From the NCBI GenBank assembly GCA_030390025.1, contig JASTWF010000321.1, positions 496,001 through 555,661 of the forward strand: a stretch of DNA of 59,661 nt, in the 5' to 3' direction. The notes under the pieces were generated by a model. That model saw nothing but the letters and a program-made list of their open reading frames with translations, ran no database searches and was not told where the DNA came from. The stretch comes from Squalus acanthias (Eukaryota). This document shows positions 1 to 10,469 of the stretch, piece after piece; positions within the stretch are counted from its first letter, which is position 1; each line of letters opens with the position of its first letter. The translations under genes and the position numbers were made by a program.

Positions 1-103
1 AGCGCCAATTTACCGGTCCTGCCAGCGCTATCATTTTCGGCAGCCGGTAACACCAGCCCACGCTGGCACCGGCAGGTTTTTACTGATATCGGATTTTGAG
101 GCC
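1..103. mobile_element. Right terminus of a probable Harbinger-type non-autonomous element cut by the window edge
   Basis: GC-rich and AGCGC-bearing. Ends GATTTTGAGGCC (revcomp GGCCTCAAAATC, resembling the GGCCCAGAAATT MITE terminus at 27688), followed by ATT. The other end is not visible. Confidence 0.35.
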
Positions 104-615
104 ATTGTATTTTGGGTGTGACACTGATCAAAGAAAGTAAAGTGTTTTTCCAAAAATACAGAATGTGGTGTATGTGAGAATGTCTGATAAACAGGAGCCA
201 GCCCTATTATTGTTACAACAGGGGAGTCTAATACTAATGGGACATGCCAGCAGAGAAAAGCCCAACTACTTTAGTTACAAGGTGTCGAATTCACATCCTG
301 GGATCGCGTCCCGAGGAATTGTGGGTCTGCCATGTCCAGTGCTCGATCTGAACCTGAGTGATGTGAGTGTGGAGGTCCGGCCGTGGCCTCAGAGGAAGGG
401 ACTGAAGGTTGTGAGACACGAACCAACTCATTAGACGATTGATGTTGGCCAACGTCCCCACCTGACTGGTTGCAGTCTCACTACAGGTTGAGTGATGTTG
501 GGAAGGCAGCCAATGTAAAGCAGTATTCGTCACGATAAACCACCAACTCATCTCACCTGATGTAAAAAGAATGAGGCAGGTTAGCTTGGGGGCTGGGGGG
601 AAGCACACTTGCTCC

Positions 616-1654
616 TATAAGAGCAGGGAGGTTATGATGGAGCTGTACAAAACGCTAGTTAGGCCACAGCTGGAATACTGTGTGCAGTTCTGGTCGCCAC
701 ACTATAGGAAGGATGTGATTGCATTGGAGAGGGTGCAGAGGAGATTCACCAGGATGTTACCTGGGCTGGAGCGCTTCAGCTATGAAGAGAGACTGGACAG
801 GCTGGGGTTGTTTTCCTCAGAGCAGAGAAGGCTGAGGGGGGACCTGATTGAGGTGTACAAAATTATGAGGGGCATAGATAGGGTAGATAGAAAGGAACTT
901 TTCCCCTTAGTAGAGGGGTCAATAACCAGGGGGCATAGTTTCAAGGTAAGGGGCAGGAGGTTTAGAGGGGATTTGAGGAAAAACTTTTTCATCCAGAGGG
1001 TGGTTGGAATCTGGAACTCACTGCCTGAAAGGGTGGTAGAGGCAGGAACCCTCACAACATTCAAGAAGCATTTAGATGAGCACTTGAAACGCCATAGCAT
1101 ACAAGGCTACGGACCAAGTGCTGGAAAATGGGAATAAAATAGACAGGGCTTGATGGCCGGCGCGGACACGATGGGCCGAAGGGCCTCTTTCTGTGCTGTA
1201 CAGGAAACTTTCGTTTATCCGGCACCCAAATATCCGGAATTCTCGCTTAACCGGCAAAAATCATCCTCCGAAAACTCCTCTCAAATAACCGGCAATGTTG
1301 CCGAGTCGCAGTCGAGTCTCCGCGAACGCCGAGTGCTCCGAAAAATCCTCTCAAATAACTGGCAATGTTGCCGATCCCGAGTCCGAGTCTGAGTCCGCGA
1401 ACGCCGATTTAGTCAGTAGGGGTACTTTTCAAAAGTGCCACTACTCGGCCTCCTGGCGCTGTCGCAAGTCCGAAACATTGCAGTCGCATGAGTAGATTCT
1501 CCCGTGCTGCTTGGAGTCTCTTTGTTAAAAATAGCCTCGGTAGATATAACTCTCTGTTATCCGGTACTTTCGATAAACCGGCACCACGCCGGTCCCGTCG
1601 ATGCCGGATAAACGAAAGTTTCCTGTATAACTCTATGACTCTATGACTATGACT
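616..1654 (+). mobile_element. CR1 LINE, 5'-truncated 3' fragment, interrupted by a MITE in its tail
   Basis: ORF 571-1137 gives LYKTLVRPQLEYCVQFWSP...RLRGDLIEVYKI...FFIQRVVGIWNSLP (CR1 ORF2 C-terminus). 3' UTR follows, with a (CTATGACT)n tail at 1628-1654. Confidence 0.9.
1201..1625. mobile_element. Tc1/mariner-pogo (Tigger-like) MITE, 425 bp
   Basis: Perfect 24-bp TIRs CAGGAAACTTTCGTTTATCCGGCA (1201-1224 / 1602-1625). TA duplication at 1199-1200 and 1626-1627. Removing it restores the CR1 tail. Internal ~71-bp tandem duplication at ~1266-1408. Confidence 0.9.
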
Positions 1655-1724
1655 CCTACTGGCCCACAAGCTGGAAAGGCACTTCCAGCCTGTTCCTGTT
1701 CCATGCAGCACCATCCCTTTAGCA

Positions 1725-1960
1725 CCCGGGGAAACCCGGCCAGCCAGCGTTAAAGCTGGACGAGAGATAATATCTGAGGCACACATCCTCATTAAAATAT
1801 TTAAATCAGCAACCTGCCTCCTGGGAGCGGGTTGGTTGCCCGTCCCCCGTCCCACCACCGTTAACACTGGAAGTGGGCGGGCTCGAGGCGGGTTTGACAA
1901 TTTTTAAATTTTCACATCCCACCCGAAACCCACCCATTTTGCGGGGTTAGAATTACCCCC
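1725..1960. mobile_element. Partial non-autonomous DNA-transposon-like fragment with a Harbinger-like end
   Basis: Ends TTAGAATTACCCC (revcomp GGGGTAATTCTAA), similar to the GGGGTA termini of the autonomous Harbingers. No matching left end found. Confidence 0.3.
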
Positions 1961-3233
1961 CAAAGATGCTGCCTGACCTGCTGAGTGTTACCAGCCTTTT
2001 CTGTTTTTATTTCTGATTTCCAGCATCCGCAGTATTTGGCTTTTGACTCACTTGCTTACTTGATGTAGCACGGGAATACACAGCTAATAAACTGCCAACA
2101 CCTGACAACCTATGTGCAAGATCCTTGATCAGAACCAAGTAAAATTGGTTCCACATCCCCAATGGCCTAGTGAGTCTATGCCGACTGGGACAGGCCCAGG
2201 CCCAGGCCCAATCCCCGTCTGTGCGGAGTTAGCTGGCGTCCAACTGGACAGCGGTAACAGGGCGACAGTACCTCTGGGATCGGAAATGGGAAATCAGCCA
2301 GGGTTCCCCGCTGCTGATTGCTATCCGGCAAACTCTGCTGGAAGCGGACCTGTGTAGATGTTAGGAAAGGAGATGATTGGGCTCCGCCGTGATGCCCCTT
2401 GTGGTCAAATAGCCTACCAACACTAACTGTCAAAGCTCACACACGATTAATGGGTAAGGTACCAGGGAGAGACCAGCTCTCAAAGAACTAAAGTCAATGG
2501 GGTAGAAATTAGGTCGCGCCCCATTTGGGGCGCAAATATCGTCCGCGCGCAAATATTAGCGCCTGGCGCTAATTATCGGCACTGACAGGAAACTTCACTT
2601 TTACCGCCCCGGGAGGTGAGTGGAGCGCTAAATTAGGCGCTGCACACCTCTCTTAAGGCGCAAAGGCCTCGGAGTGAGGCGCTACCTCAGCGCACGAGCG
2701 CAGCGCAGCTGCTGCCAGTTAGCGAGGGAACACAGACACACTGGCGCCGGACACTTCTTAAAGCGGGGGGGGGCCACTTGCTCCCCAGCCACACCCTGCT
2801 CATTGCAGCCTTGAATCTCAGCCTGGAGAGACCTGTAATCCATTTTGCTGCCAAGCATGGAGAGGGTGAGAGAACGCGCTCATCGCTTCACCGAGCGGGC
2901 CTTGGATGCTCTGGTTGACGCAGTGGAGCGCAGACGATGCATGCTGTTCCCGGAGAGTGGCAGGAGGCCTTTGCCACGCGAGTTCAGAAGAGTGTGGAGG
3001 GAGGTGGCTCAGAGCGTCTCCTCCAGGAGCATGGTGCCCAGGACCCATGTCCAGTGCCGCAAAAAGTTCAACGACCTCACTCGGGTCGTCAGGGTGAGTG
3101 GCTTTTTCTCAATACCTCTCCATCCCTCCATCTCAACCTCACTCTATGGCCAGAGGGTCTTAAAACCCCAATGCACAACACTCATGCAACACCTATGGCC
3201 CTTTCATCAAACACACACACACATTCCACACTT

Positions 3234-3403
3234 TGCATACAGTAAGGGCTATTCACCTATGGGAGGCACATCAGGCAAGACCATGGCTGCATACAGTAAG
3301 GGCTATTCACCTATGGGAGGCACATCAGGCAAGACCATGGCTGCATACAGTAAGGGCTATTCACCTATGGGAGGCACATCAGGCAAGACCATGGCTGTAT
3401 ATT
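3234..3403 (+). repeat. 54-bp minisatellite, 3 copies, in intron 1 of the Myb-like gene
   Basis: AGTAAGGGCTATTCACCTATGGGAGGCACATCAGGCAAGACCATGGCTG recurs at 3241, 3295 and 3349. Confidence 0.95.
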
Positions 3404-3896
3404 GACTCAGATGCTGTCCTTTTTCTTGCAGGCTAAGCTGGCTCATAATCGGAGACAGCAGCAACGGACGGGTGGAGGGCGGCTTCAGCTGCAACCCCTC
3501 AGCGATCTGGAGGAGCGCGTCCACAGGATTGTGGCAAGCCGGGTGATCGGTCCCGTCGCCACTGGAGACGCCGACCCCGTTGTGGACAGCAATGGTAAGG
3601 TCATCACCTTTTTGTCCTCTGTCCTTCCACTTGTCCCTCACAACACCAGCCTTTGACACTTTCAATCCAACTTGCTAACTCGCTGCACTTATTCCTCCCT
3701 TACTGCCACCCTGTCCTCACGCTAAAGCCACTCTTGTACCTCCCTGCTTTCAGATGGTGATTCACCAGCTGAGGAGACTGGCCCTGAAGCTGCCACTGGG
3801 AGTGATGCTGCAGCTGAGGAGGAAGAGGAAGCCGGAGCATCAGTGCCACCCTCTCCCGAGGAAGCCCATGCCACACTGGGAACACGCCTTCCCCGG

Positions 3897-4070
3897 AGGG
3901 GAGCAGGGGGGAAGGGGCTGATGATGGTGAAGTTCCAGGACCCAGCGGGCTGCAGCAACGCCATTGGGGGGGGAGGGAAGAACAGGGGAGCAGGGGGGAA
4001 GGGGCTGATGATGGTGAAGTTCCAGGACCCAGCGGGCTGCAGCAACGCCATGGGGGGGGGAGGGAAGAAC
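3897..4070 (+). repeat. 87-bp tandem duplication in Myb-like exon 3, specific to copy 1
   Basis: Units 3897-3983 and 3984-4070. Single copy in Harbinger copy 2. Confidence 0.9.
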
Positions 4071-5113
4071 GGGAGCCTTCTCCCCAGAGGGAGAGTATGC
4101 CAGACACTCCTAATGCAATGGACGCAGAGGAGGAGCGGCTGATTGCAGAAATGAACAGCCAGGCGGTGGGCATGCACACTGAGCTCATGGGTGCAGTGGG
4201 AAGGGTGCCCGAATGCATTGAGGCACTGGCAAGGAGTGTGGAGCACTTCGCTGTAGCACAGGCGGATGCCACACTAAAGCTTACTGCTGCAATTCAGTCA
4301 CTGGCTGCCAGGAACCCATCTGAGACTGCTCTCATGCAGACTCAGATTGAGGCCACGCGAGCACTGACTGCTGCCATCCTCGATGGTTCGTGCACATGTC
4401 CCCGGGGCTGTCACCGCGCCGCAGCAGGCCAGCAATCTGTTCTCCGGCAAATTGCTCCGGATGCTGAAGTGCTGCCCCGTGGGAGTGCCAGTGTGTCGGG
4501 CGAGCAGGGAGTTGCTGTCCTCTCTCACGATGACAGCATTCCTGCTGCCAACACTGTCACTTCTCCACTGCACTTGCCACCGCCTGTAGGACAGACTGCT
4601 GCCGCCCATGCAGAGTTGGTGCAGTCTGCAGCCGGGCCCTCCAGGCCCAGAAGTGGTCGAGGCCGTCCTTCAGGGGCATCTGCAGTGTCAGGGTCTGACA
4701 AGCAGCAGCCTTCCACCAGCCTTGCTGCAGCCACTGAGGTCCCATTACGGAGGAGCAGTAGGGTTAGAAGGGGGGAAGTGCGCAAGGGAAGGAGATCACC
4801 CTCGAAGGGCAAAAAGTAGGAGGTGTGCCAAAATGCTGGTCATTTTTTTATTAAAGGCCGAGGTTCATGGCCCAACTTTTGTTTAGTGTTTTGGACATTA
4901 TCTCCAGGTTGTGAGAACCAGTTATGTTATTGACTGTTTTTTTGTGTTTATTTCTATGAGTTTGTCATGAGGAATTGACACACACAGAGTTTGTACAATA
5001 AATAAGTTTCTGTATTCAAAATATACATGGCTGGTGGTTGGAATTATTGGTGCCTTGGCCGGCTTAGGGGTTGCGTGCTGGGTTGATTCGTGTTTGTAGC
5101 ACTGGCAGGGGCC

Positions 5114-6274
5114 CTAGAAGCGGCTTGCTATTAGTCGTTGACGGACGGCCCTTGCAGTTTGACCATTGTGGGCCGCCCTCCTGCCTTGGTGCTGCTGCTG
5201 ATCATCGTCCTCGGCCTGTTCCTCCTCTTCCTCCTCCTCCTCTTGTGGTGCTGCAAGGCCTGGTGGCATTGGCTGGGTCCTGAGGATTGCCATGTTGTGC
5301 AACATGCAGCACACCACTACGAATTTGGAAACTTGCTCAGGCGAGTACTGCAGGGCTCCTCCGGAATGGTCCAGACAGCGGAATCGTTGTTTGAGCACGC
5401 CGATTGTGCGCTCAATAATGTTCCTCGTTGCTTGTTGGCTTTCCTGGTACCGCAGCTCAGCAGGGGTGTTTGGCGCACGGAGCGGTGTCATCAGCCAGGT
5501 GCTCAATGCGTACCCCTTGTCCCCCAGAAGCCAACCAACTGGCTGATGCGGTGCCTCGAAAATTTCTGCCACAGTACTCTGGCGCAGGATGAAAGCATCG
5601 TGGCAGCTGCCCGGATAGTGGGCATTGACAGCGAGAATCACCTGTCTGTGGTCACAGACCAACTGCACATTCAAGGAATGGAACCCCTTTCTGTTCCGGA
5701 ACTCCTCTGCATTCTCTCGCGGAGCACGCAAAGCCACATGCGTGCAGTCAATGGCGCCCTGCACCATGGGGAAGCCCGCTACCCTCGCAAAGCCCATAGC
5801 ACGGTCATGCTGCTTGTCTGGGGTCATAGGGAAGGAGATGAAGTCTCGTCTCCTTGTGAAGAGGGCATTGGTGACCTGCCGGATGCAGCGATGCACCGCA
5901 AACTGGGAGATATTGGCGAGGTCCCCAACAGCAGCTTGGAATGAGCCAGTGGCGTAGAAGTTCAAAGCCACTGTGACCTTCACTGCCACCGACAGAGACG
6001 TCCTGGACCTCAGCTGAGGCTGCAGATCTGGCTGCAGCAGGTGGCAGAGCTCAGTGACCACCTCCTTGCTGAATCGCAGCCTTCGCAAACACAGCTCCTC
6101 GGACATGTGGATGTAGGAGAGCTGTTCACGATATACCCTGGGAGGGTAAGCTCTCCTGTACATGCGCCTGATGGCCCTCCTCCGTCTGGCCATCATTGCC
6201 ACTCTCTGTCTGCGTCTCACTCTCCTCCGATTGAGCTGGAGCAGGACGACGCCCCCAATCATTGCAGCCCCCAT
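5114..6274 (-). CDS. Harbinger DDE transposase (HARBI1/DDE_Tnp_4-like), 386 aa, intact
   Basis: Motifs GAIDCTH, NRKGFHSLNVQLVCD, GSCHDAFIL, LLGDKGY, IERTIGVLKQRFRCL, CCMLHN; acidic C-terminal tract. TATA-like TATTTAAA upstream on the minus strand at ~6470-6477. Confidence 0.95.
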   Translation of the reverse strand: MGAAMIGGVVLLQLNRRRVRRRQRVAMMARRRRAIRRMYRRAYPPRVYREQLSYIHMSEELCLRRLRFSKEVVTELCHLLQPDLQPQLRSRTSLSVAVKVTVALNFYATGSFQAAVGDLANISQFAVHRCIRQVTNALFTRRRDFISFPMTPDKQHDRAMGFARVAGFPMVQGAIDCTHVALRAPRENAEEFRNRKGFHSLNVQLVCDHRQVILAVNAHYPGSCHDAFILRQSTVAEIFEAPHQPVGWLLGDKGYALSTWLMTPLRAPNTPAELRYQESQQATRNIIERTIGVLKQRFRCLDHSGGALQYSPEQVSKFVVVCCMLHNMAILRTQPMPPGLAAPQEEEEEEEEQAEDDDQQQHQGRRAAHNGQTARAVRQRLIASRF

Positions 6275-7624
6275 ATTCTCTTTGCCAGAAAAGTAATGAG
6301 GTACAGCAACGAAAGTAGCAGCAAAGTTAGGATGAACTAGGCAAAACTACCTCACAAAGCGTTGAGTCAATGTAGAAGTCTCTCTCTCTCTCTCTCCGAA
6401 TCTCTCTCTCTCTCTCAGAACGAGTGGTGCATAAATGTCGACCACAGAAAAAGACAGGAAGAGGCCCCCTTTAAATAGCGCCCCCCCCAGCCCCACACCG
6501 ATTGATAACGTTCCAGTCTTCCGGTCGTTGGAAGCGCCAGGCGGTAAGGCAGGGGGCGCCACTCAATTTCCGCTCCGGGGCGCCCCAAGGGCGTTGCACC
6601 ACGGAATGACGTCACAATCTGCGCGCGCAGGTGGTCGCAGCGGTAAGTTTTAGTGCCGCCGCACAATCTCAAGTTAAGTTCTCGAGCGGCGCAAACAGCG
6701 CTGCGCCCGGGCGTTAGCGCCTTAACGCCCCATTAGCGCCCATTTAAGGCGCTAACGGGAGGCGCAACCAACTGAATATTTACCCCAATGCCTTTAAGAG
6801 GAGTGGGAAGAAAAAGAAAATTGTTCTAATTTTCATCCAGTAAAAATGAATGCACCAGAGGACTGACAGTTCCACACGGCTAATGCAACTTATATCTTTA
6901 AGAAACAAATTGTCTACTATTTAGCAGTTTTGATTTAATGAAATCTTTACCTTTTTTTAATAAATTGATGGTGTCCTGTATTTATTCTTAATTCTTCACA
7001 CGGTCTAATTCTAATCATTAACAATGCTTTTTTTCCCAGCTTTTTGAATTTGACAGGTCGCCCACCAGTTTCCCGCAGTGCCTAGACCTTGTCTTTGAAG
7101 CTGAGGCAGGAGGTCACTTGCCATTGAATCAGATGTTGAGTTGACAGCTTCAGATGTCAAGTCAAAGCTCCCCACTGATTGAGAAATGTTCCCTTAACCA
7201 CTAGTTTCTCTAAATTGCATTTCCATTACAGATTCACAACTCTCCATCCAGTCTGACCTCATTACCTCTCCCACCATTGACAGATCGCTTCTGTCATCTC
7301 TATTTCACCTGCCATCTATTCCATCAGCATGGGTGTACTTTATATTGTCTCACCTTGGTCCTCAGAATCTGACCACGATCAGCCCCAACACCAGCATCAC
7401 CAGGCACACCAGCAGCACCAACAATCACACCAACCTTCTCCGCAATCACCTGATGCTGCACAGGACAGAGAGCATCAGCACCCGACCACATTTCTGCCCG
7501 GGACGCCAGGGATGGCCTCAACAGTGCCACATTTCACGCTGCACACCCTGGCTGCCACATGATGTGCCAGGTTGGCACCATCCCACACCAACAACATAAT
7601 GCATCCCTACAATGCCCAAGCCAT

Positions 7625-8407
7625 AGAAAAGCAGAGTCTTTTTTGAATGGTGAGAGATTGGGAAATATTGGTATTCAGAGGGACCTGGGTGTCCTTGTAC
7701 ATGAATCACTGAAAGTTAACATGCAGGTACAACAGCAAGCAATTAGGAAAGCAAATGGTATGTTGGCCTTTATTACAAGAGGATTTGAGAATAAGAGTAA
7801 AGACGTCTTACTGCAATTATATAGGGCCCTGGTGAGACCACACCTGGAGTATTGTGTACAGTTTTGGTCTCCTTACCTAAGGAAGGATATACTTGCCATA
7901 GAGGGAGTGCAACGAAGGTTCACCAGACTGGTTCCTGGGATGGGGGGATTGTCCTATGAGGACAGATTGAGTAGACTAGGCCTATATTCTCTAGAGTTTA
8001 GAAGAATGAGAGGTGATCTCATTGAAACATACAAAATTCTTACAGGGCTTGACAGGGTAGATGCAGGGAGGATGTTTCCTCTGGCTGGGGAGTTTAGAAC
8101 CAGGGGTCACAGTCTCAGAGTATGGTGTCGGCCATTTAGGACAGAGATGAGGAGAAATTTCTTCACTCAGAGGGTGGTGAATCTTTGGAATTCTCTACAC
8201 CAGAGGGCTGTGGAGGCTCAGTCGTTGAGTATATTCAAGACAGAGATCGATAGATTTTTGAATATTAAGGGAATCAAGGGATATGGGGATAGTGCAGGAA
8301 AGTGGAGATGAGGTAGAAGATCAGCCATGATCTTATTGAATGGCGGAACAAGCTGAAAGGGCCGAATTGCTTACTCCTACTCCTATTTCTGATGTTCTTA
8401 TGTTCTT
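7625..8407 (+). mobile_element. CR1 LINE 3' fragment
   Basis: ORF 7559-8311: QRDLGVLVHESLK...LVRPHLEYCVQFWSP...RMRGDLIETYKIL. 3' UTR and TGTTCTTA-type tail. Confidence 0.92.
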
Positions 8408-8814
8408 ATTCCTATCACACTCATCACCATTGCGGGGGGTACCGTTATGTCTCACCATTCACTGCAACTCACTAAGCCACTTCCAAAGGTGCGCACAAAT
8501 CTGTCCAAGAACGCAAAGTGTTGAAAATAAAGATTTCAGTGTTTGACGGCACATTAACAGAAACTTCACATGAACATTGGCTCAAACACACAAGTGCCTA
8601 CCCTTGTGTGTTGTTAGTTAGTATGATTGGACTAGGATGAGGGTGAGTGTGAGGGGTGGCTAGTGAGATGGGGATGTGATAATATAGATAGAGAGGGATG
8701 GGTGGAGTTGCAAGGTAAGTTGGTGTGCGTAAGGATGTGCAGGAGTTGGGTAGGGAAGGCAGAGTGATGGGGATGTAATGAGTGGCACAGCAGGATGAGG
8801 TTGAGTGTGGCTTT

Positions 8815-9060
8815 GCAGTAACGATTCGTGATCTACTGAGATCATTGAAAGGTTTGCGCCACTGCAGCCTGGTCCTCCTGATGATGCTCCTGCTTGTGTC
8901 CTCCTATGCAATGTGCAACCAGGCTGCGTTGGTCTCCTGGGGAGGTCTCTTCCGCCCATTGGAAGGGAAGAGGACCTCCTTGCGTGCTGTGACTCCCTCC
9001 ATAAGCATATGGAGGGAGTCATGGAAGAGCCTGGGTGCAGCCGTACACCTCTGTGCAATG
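8815..9060 (-). pseudogene. Degraded Myb/SANT-like exon of an older Harbinger family
   Basis: Minus-strand translation ...RKEVLFPSNGRKRPPQETNAAWLHIA*EDTSRSIIRRTRLQWRKPFNDL aligns by eye to exon 1 of the intact partner gene. Confidence 0.7.
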
Positions 9061-9825
9061 CTTGTCAGTGTTTGCAGCACTTCAATGCTGTAGAACACTG
9101 AAAGCACAAATGTCAAAGTAAATGTTGTTATAAAACACATTTTGTTGTGCACTTGAGTAGTAACAAATTCAGTCTTCTGGTTATAATCATTTTATTCTTT
9201 AACTTCAGTATTAAAAGCAATTTACAACCTGAGTATTGTCACAGATAAGTGTGCGAACCTAGGCATGGGTCCTGTCTCGTACTGCTTAAACAAATGAAAA
9301 AGCTTATATTTATACACTGTTTTCTTATCAAACTGGAACTGGCATTGCCTAATATGGTAGTCTCTGGCTACAGCATAGTCCAGAGATACAAGGCTACATT
9401 TTCTTCAACATGCTGTGGTAAGCCTAACCCTTCTAGTTTCTAGACATTCTTACCATAAATAAACATATCCAAGGCTGGTTGGTTGCGAACACCAGCAGTT
9501 GCTAAGTGAAATCTGTATCTCTCTCTCACTCTATCTCTCTCTCTCTCTAATGATGCCATCCACCTTTTTTTCCTATATTCAATGAACTAAACATGAACAC
9601 CTTTCAGAAGCTGAATTAACCGAGTTCCATATGCCAACACTTTGTATCTCACTCATGCTGTACCTGGCTTGGGAGTGTTTGATGGGATAGTGTAGAGGGC
9701 GCTTTCCTCTGTATCTAACCGTGTTGCAGCTGGCCTGGGAGTGTTTGATAGGACAGTGTAGAGGGAGCTTTACTCTGTATCTACTCATGCTGTACCTGCC
9801 CTAGGAATGTTTGATGGGATAGTGT

Positions 9826-10276
9826 GAAGAAAGACTTGCATTTACATAGCGCCTTTCACGACCACCGGATATCTGAAAGCTCTTTACAGCCAATGAAGTA
9901 CTTTTGAAGTGGAGTCACTGTTGTAATGTGGGAAACGCGGCACAGCAAGCTCCCACAAACAGCAATGTAAAAATGACCAGATAATCTGTTTTTGTTACGT
10001 TGGTTGAGGGAGAAATATTAGCCACGACACCGGGGATAACTCCCCTACTCTTTTTCAAAACAGTGCCATGGGATCTTTTACGTCCACCGGAGAGCAGACA
10101 GGGCCTCGGTTTAACGTCTCACCTGAAAGACTGCACCTCCGACAGTGCAGCACTCCCTCAGTACTGCACTGGAGTGTCAACCTAGCTTTATGTGCGCAAG
10201 TTCCTGGAGTGGGACTTGAACCCACAACCTTCTAACTCAGAGGCGAGTGTGCTACCAACTGAGCCACAGCTGACAC
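9826..10276 (-). mobile_element. tRNA-derived DeuSINE (SacSINE1-like) inserted in the satellite
   Basis: Minus-strand head with A box TGGCTCAGTTGG and B box GGTTCAAGTCC. Deu-domain-like core (GACGTTAAACCGAGGCCC...GACGTAAAAGATCCCATGGCAC). L2-like tail AAAGGCGCTATGTAAATGCAAG. Confidence 0.85.
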
Positions 10277-10469
10277 TGTAGGGGAGCTTTACTCTGTATC
10301 TAACCCGTGCTGTAGCTGGCCTTGGAGTGTTTGATGGGACAGTGTAGAGGGAGCTTTACTCTGTATCTAACCCGTGCTGTACCTGCCCTGGGAGTGTTTG
10401 AAGGGACAGTGTAGAGGGAGCTTTACTCTGTATCTAACCCATGCTGTACCAGGCCTGGGAGTGTTTGAT

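Larger units (their letters stand above)
2857..4819 (+). pseudogene. Harbinger Myb/SANT-like partner gene, copy 1; exons 2857-3093, 3432-3594, 3754-4819; 1-bp frameshift in exon 3
   Basis: Exon 1 has RFTERALDALV...VWREVAQSVS...RTHVQCRKKFNDL. Donors AGG|GTGAGT and G|GTAAGG, acceptors TTTTCTTGCAG and TGCTTTCAG, compatible phases. One C is missing at ~3871 versus copy 2, shifting the frame to a stop at 4142. Confidence 0.85.
2499..6786. mobile_element. Full-length PIF/Harbinger DNA transposon, copy 1 (4288 bp)
   Basis: Imperfect TIRs GGGGTAGAAATT / GGGGTAAATATT (revcomp of right end). 3-bp TSD AAT at 2496-2498 and 6787-6789. Encodes a transposase (-) and a Myb/SANT-like protein (+), tail-to-tail. 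Homology to copy 2 stops at these ends. Confidence 0.95.

Noticed and set aside
1963..2450. Short repeat-like pieces (1963-2045; ~2210-2450)
   Set aside because: They look like common interspersed repeat fragments, but family and boundaries cannot be supported from this window.
3234..3403. CRISPR-like array (also the 67-bp repeats at 9641-13258)
   Set aside because: Contiguous tandem units with no unique spacers, no cas genes, and a vertebrate repeat context.
2845..3405. Repeat protein (YSKGYSPMGGTSGKTMA)n fused to the Myb domain
   Set aside because: It is read-through past a strong donor at 3094 into an intronic minisatellite whose unit is a multiple of 3.
5138..5944. 268-aa antisense ORF open in both Harbinger copies (also 21982-22788)
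   Set aside because: It mirrors a GC-rich coding strand, has no recognisable motif or ATG start, and the copies are too similar for retention to be informative.
5114..6274. Domesticated host genes HARBI1 or NAIF1/MSANTD
   Set aside because: Both genes lie inside TIR- and TSD-bounded elements present twice, so they are transposon genes. No symbol assigned.
10205..10276. tRNA gene
   Set aside because: The A and B boxes belong to a SINE head that continues into the Deu core and an L2-like tail.
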